DNA of 63,810 bases, filler included, from Choristocarpus tenellus KU-1152 (Eukaryota > Protista > Phaeophyceae): NCBI GenBank assembly GCA_964200185.2. It is 11 parts of 11 records of this genome, joined end to end, with 100 filler letters (N's around TTAATTAATTAA, not from the genome) between each part and the next. Parts side by side here need not be neighbours in the genome. Positions count along the whole stretch, not along the records: positions 8,889 to 16,747 come from CAXNAD020005482.1; positions 16,848 to 24,177 come from CAXNAD020006323.1; positions 24,278 to 27,018 come from CAXNAD020025147.1; 8 more parts are not named here. One strand, given 5' to 3'. Positions 11,493-25,188 of the stretch are shown piece by piece (positions within the stretch are counted from its first letter, which is position 1; the number at the start of each line of letters is the position of its first letter). Under the pieces are notes generated by a model. It was given only the letters and a program-made list of their open reading frames with translations, had not been told where the DNA came from and did no database searches. The position numbers and the translations under genes are program-made.

Positions 11493-14400
11493 CTTTTTTT
11501 TTGTTTAAAAAAGCACAGCACGCAAAAAAGAATCAATCTGCAGTGAAATGTTAAACTAGAATTGAAACAATACACACACACACACACTTCTTTCTGAGGG
11601 GAGGTCAAAGGACTTTCGATAAACTAGGGGTTGCCTCTGGCTAAACACGGAGGTCAGTGGTCCAACATGACATAACAAGGTGTATTGCTGACAGTACAAG
11701 CAAAAGCTGACACACCATACCCAGTTCTATCGAGACCATACACCATAGAGTCAACCAACCTGCAACCACAGCATATGCGCATCCCTGATCTGCTACACAA
11801 TGAAAAGAGTGGAACAGTGCCATGCGCTGCACTTTCACCATGACTTTGTAAGGGTTAGATTTGTTTGGATGTGGGCTAGTTTAGAGGTCAGTACAGTGAC
11901 TAGGGCCACTTACAAGACGGGATGGTGATTGCCAGAATAGACTGAGAAAGGCCGGGTCAATGCAGTATGTACGGCACCTTGGCCAAGTATGGCTAATTGG
12001 CTAGAAATCCTCGTAAATGGGAATAGTAAGACTGTATCGCTGGTTTACAACAGTAGTATAGCCTGTTGATATTACATATTACAGGGGGGGGGGGGGGGGG
12101 GGGGGGCAGAGCTTTTGAGTTTTTTATATTTTTTTTTTTTTGGCTTCAAATCCCTAATACAACGATTTTCTGGAGTCTTGTATGGAAAAATTCATAGCGT
12201 GAAGCATCTTTCTAGTGTTTAACCCTAACCCTAGCTTCCAGGAGATTCAACCAACAAATGCAACTGTGATCAGCAGAACCAAGACGGGGTAGAAAACCAA
12301 TTTTTTTCTTGAATTATACCAAAAAAAAATAACGGAAATCGAATATGCTGATGATCAACCGCCCTTTGCAACTGATACAATGACCCAAATCAAAATCAAT
12401 ACTACCAATAATAACAACAGCACCAATAATTCCAAATGATGAGAGCAGGAAGTACGTATCCCCTGGCTCATGGGTGTGCGTGTGTGAAAAGAGAGCATCA
12501 CGAAAAAAAAAGAGGGTTCCACAAAAAGTAGCTCTTGAAGGAGGGGACAAAAAGATAAATTTCAATGTGCTTCATGTCCCTGTACCAAACTATGGCGGGC
12601 TGTTGCACAGTAAAAAAAAGAAGAATTTCATCTGCACGTGCCAGTCCATCACTTCCCCTAAGCATGCCAATCTCAATCAAGTTGGACAACCCGAAGAGGA
12701 CGCTCACGGGATGACCCTTTCAACAGTCAAACACATCTTCAGATTCCTCACAATCAAACGATTCCAATCTCCATTCTACCACCAACATTTTCAACTTTTT
12801 AATTTTGCAACTTGAAGAAACACCTCGTCCTCATTTCAATTCCAAGACTATTTCTGTTCCCATACATCCCACATACACCTCAACTTCATTAGATCCAGAC
12901 CCCTACACCTACAGCCATTGTGTAAGCACAGCAAAACTTGAGGCTATGAAAGACCCTTTCCCCTCATTGAACTTGCACCTTCAGCAGCCACTCAACACGC
13001 TTATCCTCTAGCAAGGAATCCTGTTTAGATTGAACCTCCATACATTCCAAAGGCTGAGACATATTATCCTGATAAAAAAAAAAATTGGAACACATAAGCA
13101 TTGAGAGAGTGATGATGGAAGGGGTTAGGATTAAAGGACAAAAGTGGCGCAAAAACGGGAAGGCATCAGATCAAGACATATCCGCAGTACACTGTAGTAA
13201 AAAAGAAATTGTTAGTAATCTTTGTAATATGAGAGAAATTTTTCACCATACCCAACACACTTGAAATGCAAGGGGCCAAGGGTGCAACAAAAGAGCCATG
13301 ATTTAGTTGATAGTGCAACAAAACAGTGGAGGGAAACGTCAAAGCTCAGTTGGGTTTGGTGTACCACTGCTGTCAATGTACCTCATACTGTCAAACTGTC
13401 ATACTGACCCTCCAATCCCTCAAATTTAGTTGACTGCAACCTCCATTACCAATTGAAAATCCAGCAGCCTGCTGAATTTTGGAGTCCTATATACATCCCT
13501 GAAAGATGTGAGGGGAAAGACACATGCATGGCGCATATGGAAAATTGACTGTATCGAAGTCACTTTGGCAATGGAGTATGCTTCCTGAAAGGGCTTGGTA
13601 GATAAGTGTTAGAGGCTACAAGTGGGGGGGGAGGAGCGAGGATACTCTTCCAACAAGGAACAATTTCCTATGATCCCTGGCACTAGCAGGCTCTAGTGCT
13701 TATTGCAAAAGTAGAGCAAATCATACAAGGATCGTTTGTTTGATACCCTAGCAAGAATTTGTCAGTCATGGTCAAAGTGCTAGAGACTTGTTAGTGAGAC
13801 CCTCTGCCAGTTATGTATCAAGTCTTTGCCTTACCTGCCTGAATTATCCACATTATTCAGATCGCAAATATCGGAATACTGGGATATCGATATTGGATGA
13901 ACAATGTACCAAATATGGACAAAGAGTTCAAAATGGGTTCTTCACGTAATTGCAAAGGCACTGTCCCTTTCCAAAGTCAACCTTGCTATAAACCCAGGCA
14001 AACAGATAACTGTGTGCATTACCGAGAGGGACCACTGGTACAGGTCTAGTACCTAGCCCTGCCTTAGTGCAAGAACCACAGAATTTTTAACAATGATTCT
14101 TGTTCCTTCACACGCTTGGAATCCACTCATCTATGGGAGGGGCCATAGTAGCAATGCATATAGAACACTGACAAGAGTATGTTTAAAAAGTCTTCAAAAT
14201 AAAAAATATGAGGGCAGGGCAAGGACGTGCTTATTTCTCTGCACCGACAGTGCCCCCAGCAACAGTTCCATTCGCACAACAGGAACTCCCCTGATAAGTC
14301 TCCAACCAAGTGGATTGTACCAGCAATGAGGTCACATTTCACAAGCATTAATGCAGATAGAGAATGTGACTAGACACCACCATGTGATGTACATTGTACC

Positions 14401-15425
14401 TTGTTTTCTGACCCTCCATTCTCATGCACAATACACTCAAACACCTTGAAAAAACGACATTGTATCACCCGACAAGGAGGAGAGACACCTACACAGTAAA
14501 AATAGACCAATAAATAAGCAAAAATGACCCTACACTTTTTCCCAAGCACCAGGTTACCCAAACCTATCGCGGACCCCATTGCTCGACATTTTGGCATCCC
14601 CTAATTGAAGTATTCAATTGACAAACTAATTATTTCCGTAAAGTCGAAGGCATGGAACTAATACAAATATGACCAACTCTCATATTTGCGCATCCGTCGC
14701 ACAAACGGACACCCCCCTAACCATCACATATCACGTCTGTGTTCCTTCCCACTTTAGTTAAATCTTATGGTGGGGCGCACGACCTCTATCTCCAACCTAA
14801 GTCCTAAGAGTGTGGTGATAGCCTCAGGAGTGGGCATGAAAGGTGCCTAAGCCGTCGTTAAGTACATGCAATTAGTTCTGGGAGGTCTAGCACTTAGTAA
14901 CACCAATGTAGGGTGTATCATGCCGCAGACAGCAATGAGGCAAATGCGTTTTGGACGAATCACTCAAAACATTTTGAGTCACACTTGTGCACCCCACGCT
15001 AACGAGCGAAAAATACTACAGCAGCTTGCAGTACTCCACTATCATTGGGTATAGTGATCCAAGATACTGTCGAAGGAATGGTGACATGTCACACAGTTTC
15101 TCTACCCAATAGCATAGTGTCGGACAAGGTGCGGGACCAGGCCGTGTAGCGTGCAAGGGTGAAAGAGTGACTCTCACCTATTCCTTCGCGAGATTGAAGC
15201 TACCCGCTAATCTATATCCTGCCACACAGAGTCAACTCTAAAAGGTCAAGAGCTTGTCCTTACACATACTTCATGAAAAGTCTGAAATAAGGCAAATCTG
15301 TGTACTTCTCACTACCTGAAACGCAAGAGAGAAGATTTCTTACCGTGTTTCTTTCCCTACTTTCGAGGAGCATGCAAAATCGACCACTCCCCAGCAACTG
15401 CAGCAAGGGGACCAATAGACTGCAC

Positions 15426-15728
15426 CCTATGAAATCTTGAACAATCCGTTCCGCGACTACATGCTCGTCTACGTTCGTCAGCAACTGGAACGGATAGAAT
15501 GGTCTATGAAGATATTGCCCTACGCAGGTGGACCACAGATATAAGAGAGCATAGGACATGTATTAAATCAGCACCTGTTCATTAACCAATAGCCCATGCA
15601 CATAGCACGTAATTCATACTACACACAACTTGACCTGCTGACGTCCCTACATAAATAAATCCAATCCTACCTTCGAAACGAAGCTGGGTACTGCGCCCAT
15701 GCCTCTGCCAAGCGATGCCCTTAGCAAC
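15426..15728 (-). CDS. Probable exons of unknown function (possibly upstream part of the MORN gene)
   Basis: ...AWQRHGRSTQLRFE-G|GTAGGA joins in phase to TAG|GQYLHRPFYPFQLLTNVDEHVVAERIVQDF. Confidence 0.4.
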
Positions 15729-16214
15729 TATTGCCTCGGATGTGTCCCCAGCAGAATTATTTGATGCCAACAGGAAAATGTGATGGGTGGAGGTAGGTAA
15801 GTTGTTGTCACACAGAATATAGAGTCACTCTCTCTCTCTCCACATCTGTTCTCCCAATACCATTTTACGACAACGCCAACTTGAGCTTCTGTTAACTGAA
15901 AAGGTTTAGGTTCAAAGTTCAAAGTTCAAAAACAAAGATTTCTATATTAAAAACACAAAACTTACGCCCCAAAGACCCTGACCTACATTTTTTAATGGGT
16001 CTGAAAAAAGAAAAACAAGATCAAATTCCTCAAAATACATACTTGTGGGTCTGTGAAAAAGAGTATTATCTTGGTCACAACTGACATTCTGTAGATTCTA
16101 TAACGTAAAGAGTATTTCTGTAAAAAGAACGAACGAGTACATACAAAAAAAATGACAAAAATATTATATATTATTATATTTTCCAAATGTCATGGAAAGA
16201 GTCTTCAATATATC

Positions 16215-16495
16215 TAGTCTTCCATCCAGGACGCACTCGCAGACGCAGGATCAGCCCCCTACCAGGACAAAGGCCTTCTTCTACTCGATGTTGCGTTTAT
16301 GGAAGTACAGGCAACTTCCCACCTTCCACATTCGTCCACCACCAATGGTGTAGTTGCTGCTGCAGCTGAGGCGTGAAAGCACACCTACTACAAGGGCTCT
16401 ATTGACCCTTGTAGTTACAACCTCAACATCTTCCTGGCGGAAAGTTTAGGGCGCCTCGGCAAGCAAGCGGAACGTTTCCTGGATGAGCTAGCTAC
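16215..16495 (+). mobile_element. RLE-type (CRE-like) non-LTR retrotransposon fragment
   Basis: LLLDVAF...AAAAEA*KHTYY...FLAESLGRLGKQAERFLDELA, restriction-like endonuclease domain. Confidence 0.75.
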
Positions 16496-16544
16496 AATAC
16501 TTTCCAAACTCATCACCCTGAAAGGCAGTAGTAGAACATAGATA

Positions 16545-16747
16545 CAGTACCTACACCGATTTTATACCAAATATTATGAACCAAATCGCAAAATATGCAT
16601 TTTTGTACCGCTTTTTTCGACCTACTCAAAAATAGGTTTTTGTACCGGAATTCTCGTATTCGGGTGACTTGGTACAAAATACCAGAGATATTCACGCGAG
16701 TTTGGCACGCGCGTAAAATTTCTCGCGAAAAGTGCCCTTCTTCCTCA
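16545..16747. repeat. Dispersed repeat or TE end, reverse-complement homolog of 24278-24485
   Basis: About 200 bp alignable in opposite orientation; both copies abut contig ends. Confidence 0.75.
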
Positions 16748-16847
16748 NNNNNNNNNNNNNNNNNNNNNNNNNNNNNNNNNNNNNNNNNNNNTTAATTAAT
16801 TAANNNNNNNNNNNNNNNNNNNNNNNNNNNNNNNNNNNNNNNNNNNN
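16748..16847. other. Artificial contig linker
   Basis: N-TTAATTAATTAA-N. Confidence 0.98.
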
Positions 16848-16908
16848 CCCCCCAGATACTTCGGGTCACGATATACGCCTCACAATCAAATTAGAGATTT
16901 TTACTCGC

Positions 16909-17113
16909 CACAAAGGTTGTTGGAGGAGAGGTCAAGCTTTGCAACTCGTCCAGTCATTTTTTCAACAGTGACCCCATACCACGTCGCCAGGTTTTTGTTC
17001 TGCGCATTCCATCCTTCTTTTCGATGCCAGGAGAGTCCACCCGTTGAATCGAACAGAATGAGGAGGATTGTCAACTCTCTGTCTTCACACCCTACTTCAA
17101 CGGTCGAGGTCAC
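16909..17113 (-). CDS. LRR N-cap exon (brown-algal LRR/ROCO-type)
   Basis: LFDSTGGLSWHRKEGWN...LATWYGVTV...GRVAKLDLSSNNLCG, followed by a GCGAGT donor-like site and then a stop. Confidence 0.85.
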
Positions 17114-17439
17114 CAGTGCATGATATTCAAATTCAGGGTAGGTTCAGTGTTCTTTGATTTATCGTGATGTTTCACGTACTTACGAACGTATGAATTATTG
17201 ACAGTGACTTCCTCTCACTCAGCCCACCCACCTCCCATAATGCTCTTTGACATCTTCTCTTCCTCCTTGATCATTTTACCACAAATTGAGTGGATTGTGG
17301 GAGTAACGTGTGATGGATATAGTTATGAATTAACGTACAACTTCCTTACACTTGGTATGTGATAGTATGAGGGAGGGGAAAGGTATATAGTACTTTCGTG
17401 GAGACTGATCTGACGCAAATCTCATCTTTAGACTATCAC

Positions 17440-17641
17440 TCATCTGGAAATTAGGGGTTCTATTATCATACCGATATTGCCGCATGCTCTATACATTCAT
17501 ACCGTTAGAGATTTATTTATTGTCAGGAATCCCTGATTCCAGTGAAGGATATTTCTTATGAATGATGAGGGGTATTTATGATCTTGGTTTGACTTTTTCC
17601 CTGATACATGTGCTAAATGTCAGAGGGTCTAATAATATAAT
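17440..17641 (+). mobile_element. 3' tail of the RLE-type LINE family, degenerate
   Basis: CCCTGATACATGTGCTAAATGTCAGAGGG followed by an AAT-rich tail, as at 25610, 45215 and 45850. Confidence 0.55.
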
Positions 17642-17693
17642 GTGGGGAATTCTGTGCAAGAAACCAATCCTGTAAGTAATGCACATCCCTTCA

Positions 17694-17785
17694 ATTAGAA
17701 ATGTCCAACATCAAATCAGAAATGTCCATCAAATCAGAAATGCCCATCAAATCAGAAGTGTCCATCAAATCAGAAATGTCAAACG
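17694..17785. repeat. About 18-bp tandem repeat (ATCAAATCAGAAATGTCC)
   Basis: 4-5 imperfect copies. Confidence 0.9.
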
Positions 17786-20700
17786 TCAAAGATTATCTTT
17801 GTTGTTTCGTCTTGGTTTTCTCATGATCCTTCCAGGTAAGTGTAATATGTAAAGTACGTTTCCAGGCAGAAAAGATTGAAATATGAAATTGGACGGGTAC
17901 CACTTTGGTTTTCAATGTATTTTATTTTATTGTAAGGAGGCGAAAACCTCCCTGGTGACAATAGGCCGAGGTGATTGAATTTCTATTTGTTTCAAGATTT
18001 GGTATCTGTAAGATGAAGGAGGATATGGGCGTACCATTTCCGGCTCTAGGTTATGTAGGGTCCAGTCAAGCAAGGTAGAGGCAGGAGGCTCACACTGTAC
18101 TGGAATGTGGATGGTCTGAAACAACCCTCCAACCTAACCTTAATTTAAATCAAAACATCATCTTCCTATTTTAATTTCTCATCCGCGATTATTTATTGTA
18201 CTACTGTTTGTTTTCCTGTGCTAGCAGCATAGTTCAACATAGCGACCAATAGTTTCGACTACTCTGGAGTAACAAGTATCCATGGTGGTGATGTTTCATA
18301 ACTTCTTGAGTACAAGATGGATTGGGAGGTATCTCATCCAGAGAAGGTACGACTACTAACGTTGGAGTTCCTTGCAGACTTCACCGCATAAATTTTGTGA
18401 ATGACATTTTTGAGGATGTTGGAGAGAAGGAGGATGCGCTCGTCTGGTATAATTGCTACTACGATGTTTGCTGGTGGTTGCTTCTCCAGTATGTGATACT
18501 ATACACAAGAAACTATTTTTGCATGTCATGTCTAGTTGTTGCTATTGTGTGTAACAAGGTGGTATGTAGTACCAAGTAAATTAAAGGCAAGCAGTCCATC
18601 CGCCGTCAGCCACCACCACAAAATAAGAAAGAACGAAGCTAACCAGTCTTTGCATTATTTTTTGTTTCTGATGGTGTTGTGCTGGCTATATACTACTTCA
18701 AATTATGTCGTATGTCGTATGTGACCTACACATATATTCATTATTTGGGGTACAGACATAAAATAGTACGGAAGTATTCCGTATCACAGTATTTCAAGAA
18801 CATCATCATGATTAGTTGCACCAACAACAACCATACAAAATGAAAGTACACTCACGAGAGGAGAAGAACCTCAATTGTTGTAAGGTGCAAGGACACCTCG
18901 TGATTAGACTGGTAGTAGCTGTGGCAAAGGTGCGATTCACCCGATCTCTATGTCACGTGCAAATAGCGTAGTCTACCACATATTTCCATGCTTTACAAAA
19001 CACATTTGAAGCTGAATGTACACTACACCAACGAAGAGAAGATATTTCTATCCCTTCAGAGGGGAAAATTTGGAAGTCTACGAAGTCTGCCACTCCGTGA
19101 GTTTCAGCTTGCCTTCCTTCCCTCCCCACACTACCCTTATTATCCCACACACTATGCAGCCAAATCCGCATCTCCAGTCACAACATCCATAAACAATCTC
19201 CGCCACTTTCCACAGAAACTAGATCATTCTCCACCACTTAGACCACTCAACACCACTCCACACCACTCCATATTCATGCAAAAATACCTCTCCATCATCC
19301 ACTTTAATACCGTGCCTTTGAGCTAGAAGACATATGCCCCACTCAAATTTGACCCACCCCTTTGAATTACAGTTTCATCTCCTACACTGGCTACGCCCAA
19401 TCCTTCCTACGTTCTGCCAAACCTTTCCATACCATACTGGGTCTCTTTGATTGGCCCAAACTTAAACCAAAAAGCTCCTCCAACTTTCATCTCCCTTCCC
19501 TCTTTGACACTATTTCCGGTGACCCAGTTGTTGCCATGCTCAATCCCCCGATCCTGTCCAAGTATGAGTGTACTCCTATGGCCTCATCTTGAGTTTCCTT
19601 GCTATTCCATAGTCCAAGACTGATTCCCAACCTCTGCATGACCCCTTCTCATCCTTCTGATACAGTTGAAGGAAGTTCGGAAGTGTGTAGGCGGATGGAA
19701 GGTCAAGAAATTGATTGGGAAAACATTGGAACGCTAAACCTTAGCTCTACAAATTCTTGATCTTCTTGATTTCAATACCGACTTGGTTGCCCGCACTCCT
19801 CACCCAGAGCCACACACATCGATCCCCGGCCTTTGTTTGCGTCTCCCGGCTATTGGATTCAATGCAAACATTCAAGTTCTTTCCTGTACAATTCGACTCA
19901 CTCCTCCCCAGCCCCCCTTTTTTCAGTAAAGGAAATTGAGATGTTGTACGGACAGTTGACCAGTCAAGGCAGTGTTTGTGGAGTAGTAGGACTTTCTATG
20001 TTTATTCAACCCCTTTCTAAACCAAGTCAGTTGCCCTAGCCCCAAGATAGAGACAACTATTTCCTACCCCTGTGTATAACTATCCCATCCGACATCTATT
20101 TGTCAGGCATATACTTGGGTCTATTTCCTAGAATCCCTCACTTTTGTGTTCAACCCCTTTCTAGTAGTTATCGTCCACATGCGAAGACTCCTCCAGTCCT
20201 CTTGCACAAATCCTTTATTCAGCTCCTCAACTCCTGTACTGTCCTTTCCTCGCCAAGTGATTACTCCTGTCATTTTCCTTTAGCCACGAGAAGTTAGTGT
20301 TAGTGTGAGTCGTGTTCTCATATTGACTGAGGGTTTCTTCTGGCAGCGAATTCCTCCCTCATGGTTTGCATGATCTGCGTCATGTCACCAACCGCCCAAC
20401 CGTTTTCTTAATCCTCAAAATCCCTTACTCCAGCATCAGTCTTGGCTACCTTCTTCCCTTGTCCTTGAAAATATATTCCCTGCCCTACGTCTATCCTCTT
20501 TGACACCTTTCTCCTGCTATTCTGCCCATTCAATCCCCTTCTCAGCGTGATCCCACAGAGTACCCCGGCCACCAAAACCAAGCCCAGCGCAGACTTATGA
20601 GACAAGTCACCCACTATAGTTACTTAATATTTTAACTTGTACATCTCTCCCTAAAGTGCAAAACAAAGAAATGTCCCCCTCGATTAGCCAATCTCGAGTC

Positions 20701-22695
20701 GAAAACAATACCTAACTCTATATCGTACTTACCTCATCATACATATATAGTATATTTTTCACACTTCATCCTATCTACAATATATATCTTGTTTCTCAAG
20801 AATATACTACGTATTAAATAAACGTAGGGAAGAACGAAAAGAGAAAATATGAGGAAAGGGAAAAACAAAGACGAGAAAAACAAATGGGGGGAAATTACCG
20901 AAAGGGTTAAAAATTTTAAGGAGATGAAATGGAAAAAAAATGTTGGGGAAATATAAATAAATATTTCACAATAGAGATGAGAGCGAGAGAGAAAAAAAAG
21001 AATCAAGACTCGAAAACACAAAGAAAGAAAAATCAAGAAATGAACATCCAGACTGGTAACATACAACGTAAACACCAGATATGTTAATACCAAATCCACG
21101 TTCTTCAGACATAGCCCACCACTGCGAGGGATCCATAGAAAAAAACATCTAACCGACACATCCCTACCAACCCAACCTCCGAAATTTGAGACGAAGAAGA
21201 CGGGAGAACTTCGAAAATAAGTTCAAACGTCTCCATATCCTACAACTACAGTAACAAATATGAATGAACCACAACCACCAAACAAAGCAAAAATCATCAC
21301 GCAGGCTTATTGTCCTCAAGCAACCTATACGATCAAATATTATAAACAAGAAGAGACTTGACAGGAACCAACCAGGTCATGTAGGCAGATGTGCTGACTA
21401 AATTTCGAATGGTCGCTAGTTGTATTTTTAGTAATATCCGATGTGCATGCCTGCTATCCAGAAAATACTCTACACGAGCTATCACGGACTTTGTCTCTTC
21501 AACTCAAAAATGCCAATCCTGAAATGGGATCTAGAAAAGAGTGAGGACACCCTTCTGGCACATTGCTCTAACAGTTGATCTATTGTCCTAATTGTCTTCT
21601 TCTCCCTCCATCAAACTGTTATTTGCAACAACTTTACATACTCAAGATCTTCATTAATTGATCATCCAGTTCTGCAAAAAATTCCGCAAAGCGATATCAA
21701 TCCTCAAATTAATATTTCAAGGCTTGGGCATCATTGGCACTTTAACAACAAAAAATTGTAAAATATGTGGTGCGGTATTGCCCTTCCAATCGAGTGAGAA
21801 AAGTATGTTTATAAACTACTCTCGATACAAACCTCTCCACGTTTCATCATCGGCAGTGAGTGTGAAAAGTCAACAATTGAACAGGTCTCATGCAGTGTAG
21901 ATGCAGTATCACGACAGTATGTGTTTGTTCTGAATCAGAATCTTCACTTCAGGTATACGGCTAGGGCTAGAGCTAGACGTGGAGCTCGGGAATGAGAAAG
22001 AGTTGGTAGCGATAGCAACTTGAATATAGACGGCATCCATCCAGCTGATCCGATTGGTTATTCATGTATAATTCGTGTTGGCCCCTGTAGAAAAGACAAA
22101 AGAAAAGCTCTCACAGTACCTTCTGTAAGTACGTAGGAATGTATATAGATAACGATGCTATATACTTCAGTAATGCAGTACAGTAAACGTCACCAACGTA
22201 TGTTTGTGGACTGGAGAAGTGATTGGTTGTCGTTGTTTTACCACCTCCCCTGACAACGACCACCCTCCTCTTTAACCTATTTTGTGACCTCAAATAATGA
22301 GCAGATCAAAAGAGAGACCCCACGTGTAACAAAAATATGTTGTTGGAGCTTGCTAGTTGTGGCACGAAAGGAAGAGGCGAACCAAGAGTGGGATGTCTCT
22401 CATAGGACCAGTTCAGGGGTTTACGTGACCGTGAGAAAGATTGATGCTACTAGCAGCCAGTCACTAGGGCTGCCAGAGTCAACCTCGAATTATCACTGCG
22501 CCAAATAGGCATTGGTGGAGGCTAGACTGGGCAGTTGAAAAGAAAATCGTGGTTCTGTCCATAGGTCGGATCTCAGGTTTTAAAATGCCAGCTAGGTGAG
22601 GGAGGGAGCTTGACTGCTGCAAGAACAGCATATCGAGTTGATGTATGGAGTCCTCTGTACTAGTACTACAAACACGAAAAATTCTAGCAGTATCA

Positions 22696-22951
22696 GAGCC
22701 AAAGTATCTTAGAGGGTAGAGCCGCGTCCTTTTGAGGGCCAAATTCCAACGTTGCGATTTTGATGTACTTTTGGCTATCGTGTTGTTTGGAAGTGTCAAT
22801 GTCCTTGTTCCTGTCACACCTTTTTATAACATATCACTTTACTTACTCCGAAAAAATTGGAGTAAGAAATGTCATAAAAAAAAAACATGGGAGGGCAAGC
22901 CTCAAACGGACAAACAGGGCAAACCTTGTACCCTCTATGATACTTTCACTC
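22696..22951. mobile_element. MITE family B, complete, 4-bp TSD ATCA
   Basis: TIRs GAGCCAAAGTATCTTAGAGGGTA...TACCCTCTATGATACTTTCACTC; ATCA on both flanks. Confidence 0.9.
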
Positions 22952-23019
22952 ATCAGTATCAATATCAGCATATGTACAGTTTCCCTGCAGTGTGCGTTTG
23001 ACTAGATTCACAAGCTCCA

Positions 23020-23112
23020 GCTCAGGGCTACCGCTAGAGCTACAGCTACGGCTACGGCTGGAGCTACGGCTAGGCCTACGGTTAGGGCTATGGGCAGAGC
23101 TAGGGTTTGGGC
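23020..23112. repeat. Degenerate hexamer array (GGGCTA/CGGCTA/GGGTTA)
   Basis: Direct inspection. Confidence 0.7.
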
Positions 23113-23499
23113 TTATAGGCAGTTCAATCACAGGAACTGGCCTATGATAGCTTTTAAGGACTCCACCCCATGTTGGGGCTTACACCCCTGTTATTTGTTA
23201 AGGGAGTGACTATAGATCCAGTCAAGGATCACATATGTTCCAAACATCAAATAATGCAAACGCCTCAGATATGTTTGGAACACCCTCCATGCTGTGTCTC
23301 TACAGAGAACGTGGGAGCTATTCTCTTCCATTTTAGAGGATGCCCCTGTGTTTCTATGTAAACAGTTGAAGAAACTGGAGTTGCATGCTCAAGTGCGCAA
23401 TGTGATTAGGCGGCAGTACAAGATTAACCTTTGAGTTGGATATTATATGCTGTTCTTTGTCGAGCTGGCAGTTTTGCTACTATTGGTAGCATGCTTGAC

Positions 23500-24177
23500 T
23501 CTGGGGGTGTTCAACCTCACTAAATCCCAACCAATCCACCAAAACCTGGTATTCATATCGTTCTACCCTGAGCACTGCCAGAATATCAGACATTTCAAAT
23601 TCCCCCTGATTCTCCATTTACTGGAATGTTGGCTTCGTCTCTGTGGTCACGCTCAGCTCCTTGTCTGCATAGAACCACAGTCTCTTAGCCGCTGCACCAT
23701 TACTGCCCTGCAACGATGCCGAGCTTTGCCCATGTGTGCACACACCATCAGGGGTGTCCGCAGATCCTTCGCCTTATCAGTTATCCACGGTGGGGGTGTA
23801 ACCTCAGCACCCACCTGCATCATGCCATACTGGTCATGATGTACACGGCCAGCAGAGGTCATAAATCCTCCGCTTTGATGCACCGTCACACCCCCTAGGG
23901 CCTTGCTGGCCACTAGTTGTGACTCATGCACCACCGCTCTTGATGGCAGGGTGTCTCTCCCTGCACCTCCGTAGACACAGATACGGCTCACACCGCCACC
24001 TTGTTCACCGTGGCCCATTGTAGCTATGATCCCTGGAAATATCTACTCAGGAATCCCAGCGGCTCATGGCTCCTATTATCCACTGCCACGCCTCCATTCA
24101 GCTCCACCTGAGGGATCTGTGTAACAAACCACCCCCAGTGCTTGTCAAAGGCGTCTGGAGACATCAGCACAGCACAC
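23500..24177 (-). mobile_element. Ty3/Gypsy (chromovirus-type) remnant, internally deleted
   Basis: RNase H VLMSPDAFDKHWG...HEPLGFLS...LQWATV; integrase Zn region LMVCAHMGKARHR; chromodomain EYQVLVDWLGF. Confidence 0.8.
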
Positions 24178-24277
24178 NNNNNNNNNNNNNNNNNNNNNNN
24201 NNNNNNNNNNNNNNNNNNNNNTTAATTAATTAANNNNNNNNNNNNNNNNNNNNNNNNNNNNNNNNNNNNNNNNNNNN
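24178..24277. other. Artificial contig linker
   Basis: N-TTAATTAATTAA-N. Confidence 0.98.
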
Positions 24278-24485
24278 GACTCAGGAAGAAGGGCACCTTT
24301 CGAGATAAATTTTGCGCGCGCGCCACTCTCGCGTGAATATCTCCGGGATTTTGTGCCAAATCGCCCGAATATGATAATTCCGGTACAAAAGCCTATTTTG
24401 GGGGGCATGTCGAAAACAAGCGGTACAAAATTCCATATTTTTCGATTTGGTTCATAACATTTGGCCCAAAATAGGGTAACCTACA
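24278..24485. repeat. Dispersed repeat or TE end homologous to 16545-16747
   Basis: Reverse-complement similarity. Confidence 0.75.
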
Positions 24486-25188
24486 TTATTTGGTTGCATA
24501 CGTGGGATGGATACTGTAAATGTACTTTTCCTGATTTTGGTCCAAATGGACACTTTGGTGTAAACCCCCCCCCCTGCCAGATACTTTGGGTCTTCGTCTT
24601 GTTGAAGCAATCCTGTCGTCTGTTGAAACTTTAGTAAATCCCTGAGCTACCGAGAAAGTAGTCAGCTCACTAGAGAGATAGCGATCCTCGGGCGAAAACT
24701 CATAAAGTCTAACAGCTTGCGATCCCTGGGAATTATATTGTTAAAACTTTAGTAGAGCGACAAAGCATTCAGTTTTATTAAAGTTTCAACATCGTTAACA
24801 CAATTTATACCACGCCCCAATTTTTCGCAACATTACACGAATATGGAAGACTAGTGTTCTAACCTGTTCTTCGCGACACCAACAGTATTTTGGACCAAAG
24901 ATGGAGTGAAATAAACAACCAACACCAACATACACCCACTGTTATCCCGCTTTGATAGTTCCCAGACCCCAGCAAACCATAATACTGAGCAGCAGCTGTC
25001 AGTCAGCCGAGAACCCACGTCCCTACCACACCCACAGTGTCCATAACAAGATGTGTTGCAGTCAACGTCAATAAATCCACTCCAAATGAACGGAGTACAG
25101 TAGAAGCAAGCTAAGTTGAAATCTTTGACACACGTAAACACAACTATGTGCACGTCGAAAATTACTGCTATACTTAAATCAATATACT

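Noticed and set aside
19300-20620. Degenerate retroelement on the minus strand (HSYLD..)
   Set aside because: Single weak motif; cannot support a family call
21658-21900. TTKNCKICG as a TnpB/Fanzor or Penelope zinc motif
   Set aside because: No RuvC motifs, second CxxC or GIY-YIG found nearby
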